Assembly (NCBI GenBank): GCA_002633005.1
Contig: NMRA01000044.1
Location: 260,182 to 324,181 of the forward strand
Direction: 5' to 3'
Source: Phoronis australis
Taxonomy: Eukaryota; Animalia; Phoronida
DNA length: 64,000 bases
A program made the position numbers and the translations under genes. The notes below the pieces were generated by a model. The model had not been told where the DNA came from and ran no database searches. It saw only the letters and a program-made list of their open reading frames with translations. Within the stretch, counting starts at the first letter, position 1. Each line of letters opens with the position of its first letter. Of the stretch, positions 43,275-64,000 are shown one piece after another.

Positions 43275-44974
43275 CCGCGCTGATAGACAACAGAAGCAAC
43301 AGCCAGAGCGTGTATCATTTTTTAAAATGTAAAACATTATTGTAACTAGCCAACGCAACACTGTTTTAAGAAACAAACCGTTTGACCGTGGTTTTTGTTC
43401 AGCACAACGCGAGAAAGCGTTTTAAAAAATGAGGGGTCAGTAAAATTCGGTGACAGGGGTGGGAGAGGTGGGCGGGTAATATGTTATTTCACTAAAATTC
43501 ATTTAAAACTAATTAAGTTATGAGGACGATGAGGTGAGAAGCGGACTGGACTGGTGAAGGTAAAATTACTTTTCGACCGGGGATATTGGAAGAATCAGGC
43601 AACCACTTCCTCCAGTTCTATGCAACCACACACGTCACTTGGCGGAGTCAATAAGATTTCCCGGTCTATTACAAACATCTATTCTCTGGCAGTACAACCC
43701 CGGCCGGATACAGGTTGGCCAAAACCCGAGGCAAAACAGTTGCTCTTACCACAAGACACGGAAGACGCCTAGTGCGTGTCTGCTTTTTACCATTTCGGAA
43801 TGGAAATGTTGCAGCTAATTTATCAGTTTCTCTACAATACATTGCTGCATGACCTTGCATTTGTAATACTATATTTAGTGCTAATAGTTACTTTTAACAG
43901 CAAAGGCTAATGGCGAACACGTCGCAATTCAAACCACCATCAGCGATAACAAATGAACTATCATTTTATTCACCCTGTAATAAAATTACACATTTCTAAT
44001 TCTAACAATGTTGTCATTCTTAAGATGCTAGTCTTATAGGCTAGCTGTCTTATAGGCTAGCTGTCTTATTTTCGTAAAAAAACACGGTCTCCAAGTGCTG
44101 TTCCATTTTTAACCGGATCCGTCTTTCACACTCTTCTCTGGCCATATTTTTAAAGAATTCCTTTATTTATGTTGTTCCAGGGCCAAAAACTTCTTCTACG
44201 TTTTGTTTGCCCAGTCAAAATCTGCTTTTCTCCGATAATTTGTCTATGGTGTCTATTCGATCTTGAAACAATCTGAAGTTTGGGTGCCGCCCACGGAGCC
44301 AGATACTGAGATCATGTGCAACATGCCAGCGCCATGGCGGGATCGTGCCTCACTTGATCAGTACTTGACTCATAAGACGCCATAAAACACTCGGGTGAAT
44401 CTCAACGGAAGAAACTGTGGTCAGCTGCGTCAGCTATGGGTAATTAGCGATCCACTTGAAAGATTGTCCTGGGTAATTTTCGAAATGAGGTGTGAAGAGG
44501 GAGCATCGCGTCACGCGGTTCACGCATGTAAAATTATTTCAAGATTCATGACCCCATTTTATCAGTTTTCTTTCCTCTCGGCAGGTTAATTTCAATTCTC
44601 AATCTCGGGATCCACGGATTGATGTATGTCTGCCCCCTGTGGTCCGGCAGCCCCCTTCCCCAATTTTGACTAATCACAGTTAACAAATACTGGCTTAGCC
44701 AACTTGAAAGATACACATGTACGGTGACCCCTTGACGGCTTGACGCTAGTTTCACATTCACGCAAAGTAACTGAAAATGTCGTTTCACCGGTCACGGAAA
44801 CATGCAACCCTTTGATTTTCATTCCATTATTCTCTATTTTGTATTTTACACTTTTATGCGATGTCTATTTTTCATGTGTATACACATTACATTCACGCGA
44901 AATGTGACTTAGCAAATTCAATTCAAAATGCAGTTTTCCAAAGACTGAATTGATTGATTGATGCTTGTCACTCA

Positions 44975-45058
44975 GTCTCAATCCTTCGCTGGTTCCCTGC
45001 GTGCCTAGCCGGCTACCGACCACCTAGCGGCACGCAGGGAACCAGCGAGTCTCAATCC
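44975..45058. repeat. GC-rich hairpin (20-bp perfect arms) between 10-bp direct repeats; probable mini-MITE
   Basis: TCGCTGGTTCCCTGCGTGCC 44986-45005 / GGCACGCAGGGAACCAGCGA 45029-45048; GTCTCAATCC at 44975 and 45049. Confidence 0.8.
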
Positions 45059-45930
45059 CCGACAACACGAAATTGAAGTGATTATGCCTGACCTCTATTG
45101 AGTACAAAAATAAACAACTGCGTCAAACAAATTACACCCATATCAGAAAACGTTACTGGTTTCGCATTGTTGCCTCAGAGGTAGGCTTTGGAAAATTAAC
45201 TACCATGGACAACAAAATGCAAGTTATAAACTACTCAACATTACGGTATTTGTATAGCTTTGAAACACGAATTTTCTTACTTAATGCTTCGACTTGCAGG
45301 TGAGTGCCTCGTTCCATCTTTGTGCAAGTTCTGGCAAAACGCAATGTGATACTTTGTGACAAAAAGAACATCGCAGAAGTGAACAACGCAAGTCTTTGAG
45401 ACTTGTGCAAAAAAAGTCAAACACTAGCTTCTTGTTCGTTATTTAAGAGTTATTTCACCAACAGTCTGTGTGGGTATGCATTCCCTATACATTAGGGCTA
45501 GGCCAGCATACCCGCCAGAACCTGGTTATTGCATTTTAAACTGTTTTGTGAAGACCGGTAAAATAGTGTTTAAAAAAATACCGGTATAACACTAAATTTA
45601 AGTTTTGCTCTCAGAGCAAAACTAAAGTTTTCCAAAATTAAGCTCTGCTAAGGATCTGTATATCTTCATATTACAGGCAGTGAAGTTTGAACTTAGTACA
45701 GTGAGTGGAACATTATTGGGGTAATGTCACTAACCCACTGTTGTTTGATAGCTAATCCGGTAGGGATACTGTCCTCCGATGAATATGTCAGGAAAGAGTA
45801 TCTCTTTAGATGTACGTCCAATTAAAATTCTATGAAAAATATATTCTTTGGTGTAAGAGGTGTTTCTGGACTTCCCTATTAGGAGAGGGGCATGTGACAT
45901 ATATTTAAACATATTTCATCATCTTATAGC

Positions 45931-45984
45931 AAAATGCATCGAAATGTCGATTTCTTTTAAGAAATCGACATTTCGATGCATTTT
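45931..45984. repeat. 54-bp palindrome (26-bp perfect arms, 2-nt spacer)
   Basis: AAAATGCATCGAAATGTCGATTTCTT-TT-AAGAAATCGACATTTCGATGCATTTT. Confidence 0.95.
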
Positions 45985-46386
45985 TAAAACACATTACACG
46001 CAAGCAGAGTTAGGAGGACCCCTCGGAACGCAACGAACCAGTTTTAGGTGTTAAAGGAACATTTTTTCGAGAATTATGGCTGCCCCTGTTGCTACATTCG
46101 TGGCGCGACACTGCATACTTCAGGCTGACGAAAATCCTGTGGAGTTTGCTCATTCAGGAGAACAGTGACATCGATGCTTTGCGAATTTCAGTCTATCTCA
46201 AAATTCATTGAAACGTAAATTTCTAATATGTGTTTATAAACTCAGTTATTTCATTTAAAACACGGCTTTGATCTGTTTTTACTGGTTTAATTTCAGTTGA
46301 TTCCAACTCTCTAAATGGAGATCTTGTCTTTACATCACAACAGTGCAACAAAAATCCAAACGACATCAGTAGGTAACATAATTTAA

Positions 46387-46426
46387 AAAACGATATTTCG
46401 AGACACACATCTCATCTTCAGGCTAC
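46387..46426 (-). ncRNA. Putative degenerate minimal type I hammerhead ribozyme (Penelope-associated)
   Basis: Minus strand GUAGC-CUGAAGA-U-GAGA-ugugug-UCUC-GAAA-UA-UC-GUUUU, about 140 nt downstream of the stop codon of the GIY-YIG remnant. Confidence 0.55.
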
Positions 46427-46562
46427 TATTTACAACTAGTTCACAGTGAAACGCACATCAGAAATGACAAATGCAATATAACACGTGAAGTTGACATGCG
46501 CAACTATGACGATAAAAACATATATAAATATACATACGTTGCTGTGCAACATAATCTACAGA

Positions 46563-46930
46563 TCACCTAAATAACGATAGAGTCCTTCGAGTTCCAGTTA
46601 GCTGCTCGTTCAAACTGGGTTTTTCAAACATTATTAGAAGCGACACTAATGTTCGTAACCTGTATAAATCATTTTCAGTGTATCTAATGACTGTACTGTC
46701 GACAATCTCCTGACGATTTATCTTGCGACCATGAACGTTCTGGAAATGGTCTTTTATGGAACCGGTTTGTAAATGCATTGAAAGTTGCCATGAAAAGGAA
46801 AACATAGCCCCCTTGGCCCCTCTCTAAATCCACCACTGGTGTTATTGGGCAATTGGAAATTCTATTTACTTCTCCCCTTGTGAATAGTTGACTCACTTTG
46901 AATCTTTTATGAATTCAAGTTTTCTACTGT
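46563..46930 (-). mobile_element. Penelope-like retroelement remnant (C-terminal part of the GIY-YIG endonuclease)
   Basis: LSMHLQTGSIKDHFQNVH...YRLRTLVSLLIMFEKPSLNEQ...RTLSLF resembles the PLE endonuclease C-terminus (IKxH...RLxxLEALxI...PxLNxQ). Interrupted near 46806-46838 by a hAT-MITE-like end (CAGTGGTGGATTTAG). Confidence 0.7.
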
Positions 46931-49364
46931 ATATAGTTTGCTCTCAATGCTGCTTCTGTAAAGCCTTAGTTTTCCCAACCTTTTTACCAATTGGATACTT
47001 CGCAACCAGATTTTTTGTTTTGCCGAAATTCGTATGAATTGTCGAGGTGGGCAATTCTGTCCTCTTGCTCCCATGGTTTTTATTGAGCAGGCTCATCGTG
47101 GTGGTCAAACCGAGCATTTCCAAGACGCCGAGACCAGTCTCGAGCAACTACCGAACGTTTAGTCCTTTTCAATCCCAGAAATCATTTTTCATTTGAGAAA
47201 CTTGAGACTAGTGAGATTTAAAACGGTAAATGGTCTAAATCTTACGTTCGTTTCTTTTAGTGGAACGCTGGTTTGTTGTATGACAGTTTGTACACCAGAC
47301 AATCCCAGGAATTTTCCAATTTTCGCATTGGTTCTATTTTGATAAGGTCAGAGAAGAGTTCAGTTCGGGCAAGCATAAAACAGGCGAATACTTGGATTCG
47401 ACGTTTGGTCCCGAAAATGTCACTTACAAACACACGCTTATCCTTAAATGTACTCAGCTGTGCTACATTGCGACAAGAATACCTTGGTGGTTCACGTCGG
47501 TAACAAAAATTGCGGTGCACGAGACAAAATACAACTTTGCGGCGCGCGAGCTAAACCAATAAACAAAACTACATTTCGCCTCTTAATAGATATAAATTTT
47601 AACCTAAAGCTTTCGAGTTTACACATTACCACGCTCAGCAATATAGGTAACTCAAGTCGAAGCCACTCTATGCACGCGCCAATTCGAAACCCTGAACATT
47701 GGCCCGCGATTTCTTTAACCACCGCTGGTTTTTATGTTCATTTTGTTAACTATTACAATAAGGATTATCAGAGCGACTTTTATGAGAGTCAAAGGATTGG
47801 ATTTTTAATCCAGGACCAACTGCACATTTAAAGTGGAACTTACACACGAATTCCTCATCTCTGTGCTTGCTTGGTCAAATTAGTTAGAAACACAACTTAT
47901 AGCGACGACGTGCATATGAAGTAGATGAAAATTGCCAATGCTTTTTTAAAAGGAGCTTTGTGTTGAAAATGATCGGTGGTAAATCACTAAACTATGTCTG
48001 GTAAGTATAGTGAACACTGCATGATGGAGGCTATATGGCCCACCCCCAACTTACCTCATTCCTGCAAAGGTCACCTATTGGAAGATTTTTTTTCTTGTCA
48101 TATTTACAAGTTGTCAGTGAATACAACTACACTTTGTTTAGGGTACATGATGTTCAAATAGCATTGTGGTTTAGTTCCTGCTATACATTAGCATAGTTAA
48201 GAGCATACAAACACATCTTTAGCATCACGACTGTTTTGGGTTCACACTTTGTTCAAACAGTTGCCAACTACCCATATGTCCTTCCCGGCAGTACCCCAAA
48301 GCAAATAATTACAACCCGACAGTTCATCAAACCTCAAGTGTCAGACCCTCTGTAGTAAATAAACAGTTTACAACTCATTCCAGTATATTTTATGCACTTC
48401 ATACATGTACAACTATAAAATTAAGTATTTACAAGTATATGCTGCACCCATCAATGCTTCACAATATCTGCAGCTACAAGACACATGGAAGTCTTCAAGT
48501 GTTTAAACTCCTCTAGAAAACTTTAACAATTACTACTGTCTGAGTAGAGGATCGTTGTGAAGTTGAGAGGAATTGCAATCTAAATTGTCAGATATATGTA
48601 CATAAAAGTGTTCCAAGAATACGATGCAGAGCTTTTACAATGTTGGCAAATGTACACGTTGGATACAAGTGATGAAAACAAATGCTAAGGCGAAACTATG
48701 ACAACTTAAAAGGTTATAAATTGTCGGGAAACGTAGCACAAATATTTACAAATGTCAAGGTTTGAAAAAGAGTATCTGAGCAGCAATTTTTTTAGATGTG
48801 TTAAACACAACATTCCACCTATGACATACTTTATAACCTCGATAGACGTTCTCTTTACATGTTAGTCAAATCTTTCGTTAGGCGGCAAGACTGAATTACC
48901 TTGGGCCTGAGTAATTATTGTAAAACCCGATTCCTGATGAGAGACCAAACTGTTGTCAATTTGAGAGAATATCTATTAGGCTCTAAAGTGTACACAGAAT
49001 GCTGTGTCTAAACGTTAGTACAGTAAATCACTATCAAAGATACAGTAACTTAAGTTAACAAGTCAGTTAGCTCTACATCACCATGGAGCTACATACTGCG
49101 ATAGTTGTAACTGAAAAATAACATGCATCATTTTTGACGCATACAACAACCGCATAAGGCTTTTAGTCTTACAACAAATTTGTTATTCATCAAGAATTAT
49201 TAAATTTTGTCCTTGTGTGAAAGGTTTGTTATTTGGGACAGGTCATTTACATTCGTACTTTGATAAATTTTCTTCCAAATCATGATCAACGCGACGTCTG
49301 CCCGAGCAGACGTCTGCAGCCACACACGGCACGTACACAAACATAAGCAGATTGTAGCACACAC

Positions 49365-61659
<12,295 letters not shown>

Positions 61660-61782
61660 CTTGTAAATCACAAAGTACAGTCAGGCAAATGATATAAGAA
61701 GAAGAAATCAAAATAACCGGTATTTCTTGGTTCGAAATAACCGATTTCTTTTCAACAACAAGAAGCGGCAAGTTCCGAAAAC

Positions 61783-61807
61783 GGCGCGAAATTTAGATCA
61801 CGTGACT
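61783..61807 (-). promoter_or_regulatory. MCM7 promoter: E2F site and adjacent E-box
   Basis: TTTCGCGCC (61783-61791, minus strand) and TCACGTGA (61798-61805), about 130 bp upstream of the ATG; NRF1-like TGCGCATGCG at 61970-61979. Confidence 0.65.
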
Positions 61808-63456
61808 TCATTCCCATTTATTTTCCAGTGTAGCTGATAAGATTGAATTATTTTTTACTTTTAGATACATGCATAGGGTATACAAATATTACATGAATAG
61901 TCTACGAGTGAGAAATTAATCAACTAACGGAAATAATGGAATTTTCACATTTCCGAGTAACTATTGTTATGCGCATGCGTCAGCAGTATTTCCTGTATTA
62001 AAGTCGCCTGGAAATGGTGAGTTCCCACCAAAACATTAAATTTTGCCCTACAGTTGCAAGCATGTGGGGAGTTAAAAATTATTTAAAGAACTAGACTAAA
62101 ATGGTCGGTTATAATGATCCCATATTGTGAGAACCATATTATCAATGAATTACGTAGGCTACCTGTTCTTCAGTGGACAAAACTGGTTCTCGTCATTTCG
62201 GGGACACTGGTTATGGTTTGCCTGGTTATCCAGCCTGAGCCAGTACACATGAAGACCGCTAGTAACGTAAAAATAAAACTAGGAAGCGCTGTGCGTTAAC
62301 TTCACATAGTCTATGACCTTGAAATTTTACACAGCCTAGGTAGGTCTGCTCGTAATGTTAGCGTGAAACGTGTAAAGCTAATGACTGGATTGGGAGTCGA
62401 CTGACAGTGACACCTAGGGCTAGGTCCTAGGCCCTAGCCAGCAACTGTATGAAGACTATTGTCAAAATACAGCTAGGTACCACTGTATGTTAACCTCCGA
62501 CAGACCTCGAAATTGAACACAGCCCGGGTAGTTGTGCTCGTCACCTCGCCGTGAAACATGTAGAGCTAAAGACCGACGAGGGTGCATGCAAAATTTAGGA
62601 GACAACCGACACTCATCTCGCCCGTTACAGCCCTTTAAGTGAAAAACAATGCAATAAACGTCATTTTCTTGCGTAATTCTCTGCCTTTTATAACAAAGAG
62701 AAGTATGTCGTGGTTTTGAAAGCAGTACGCTTGTGACACGCGCACGCACGATTTCCTAAATTTCGCGACATCTCTCGGGAGAAGACAGCTTCGCTGCAGC
62801 AAACTTTTTTTCTGAAATTCGGTTTGCTGTGTCAAAATTCTAAAAACTTATAATGAAGTGAAACCAGGTCCAATAATTTGTTGTGATGTATATGCAACCT
62901 CGTGAAAGAACAACAGGTGAATAAAGAAACTGGCCAACAGATGACGCAATATTTCATGGTGTCAAAATCCTACGTAAAAGATTGGTCCACAACTTTAGCA
63001 GCATAATAATGGCAGCACGCCAATTTTTCCAACACCAGTAAATAATTTAGTTTACTCAAGGAAGAGAGTAATTTTTATCAACACTAATTTTGTATCAAAT
63101 TTTAATTTTTTGAGACGTCTTTCGGGAAATGATGACATCTTTGGCGAAGCAAAATTAGCACCAAGACTGGATCCTGAGATTCGTAGATCCAAGACACTTG
63201 TAAGAAAAACTAGTGTGACCACGTGGTTTGCCTGTAATGCAATGCAATATCTCCTGAACACTTGATGTATGATCTTGCATTTCCTCAAGATTCTCATGTC
63301 TATGAAATGCAGCCCTGATTTTGTCTGATTCTTGTATCTCGTACCTTGTCTGATCTGACCACAATTTGAGGCAGTGCTTGTCTATATAGCCATTCCTGAT
63401 TTACAGTTCTAAACAGTTTCATCCACTGAACAACGGATTCATTATTCAGTAGTTGC

Positions 63457-63551
63457 TTAGTTCTCAAAATCTGGGACTGCAATATTCGACTGGTGCCCAA
63501 TTAGATATGCTGCGACATCTGTCATGCTGAGGCTACTAGGATTCTCACTGC
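63457..63551 (-). CDS. Possible terminal exon of an unidentified upstream gene (SENPSSLSMTDVAAYLIGHQSNIAVPDFEN*)
   Basis: TTGTTACAG acceptor followed by 30 open codons and TAA; no homology recognised. Confidence 0.2.
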
Positions 63552-64000
63552 CTGTAACAACATATGAGGCAGGTGCACGAGTTTGACTAGCCTCGGAACA
63601 GTGTGGATAAAAAGCGAGCAAATAAGAGCAAAATAAAATCAGACACTAAGTTAATGTGATAAAAAATTATCTTCGAGTTATTATCAAATAGGTTTTAGGT
63701 GCTAAAAATTGCTGCTGTCATTCTATTGCTAAGGTGGACTGATCATATACATCTGCTATGAGTGCCATGGAATAGAGCGCTGCCTGCTGGCCAATTTCTT
63801 TTATTTGCTGATTGTTTAATTGATTATTCTTCCACAAAGATGCAAAGCATTTGCAACAAATTATTGGAATTGTTTTTGCTGTGTTTTAAATTTCAGGATT
63901 TTATTTCCAGCAAACCAATACTTGTATCTCGGCATATTAGCGATTGGGAAAGTTGTCACCATATCCCGAAGAATGTTACAGCAAATGGGGGCTACATGTG

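Noticed and set aside
47217-47832. CpG-rich block with 76-127 aa ORFs and weak TTAA-flanked inverted ends
   Set aside because: The ORFs have no recognisable motif and the TIR match is too weak to call; probably an old transposon fragment.
48933-48955. Hammerhead core CTGATGA
   Set aside because: No stem II followed by GAAA.
62114-62299. Divergent plus-strand gene with a hydrophobic segment
   Set aside because: Only 61 aa, no recognisable homology and no convincing splice donor.

Overview
AT-rich, intron-rich animal (invertebrate-looking) genomic DNA with one assembly gap (N 60365-60859). Two minus-strand genes lie in tandem. The first is a complete 15-exon MCM7 (61659->49365, 2175 nt CDS, 724 aa, all junctions GT-AG and phase-consistent). 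About 6.3 kb downstream are the first three coding exons of a GPC3/GPC5/Dally-type glypican (43060->8544) with 16-17 kb introns; the gene runs off the left edge. Introns and the intergenic space carry non-autonomous DNA transposons (Tc1/mariner-pogo-like, PIF/Harbinger-like, hAT-like with an apparent 6-bp TSD, Kolobok-like with a THAP remnant), minisatellites, and a Penelope-like GIY-YIG remnant with an adjacent degenerate minimal hammerhead motif. Most notable observations: (1) the MCM7-glypican linkage, with no miR-92/25-family mature sequence visible; (2) three independent splice junctions that have been tandemly echoed into the adjacent intron, leaving arrays of decoy splice sites; (3) the Penelope-linked hammerhead. 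Everything was read by eye; no database search was run.
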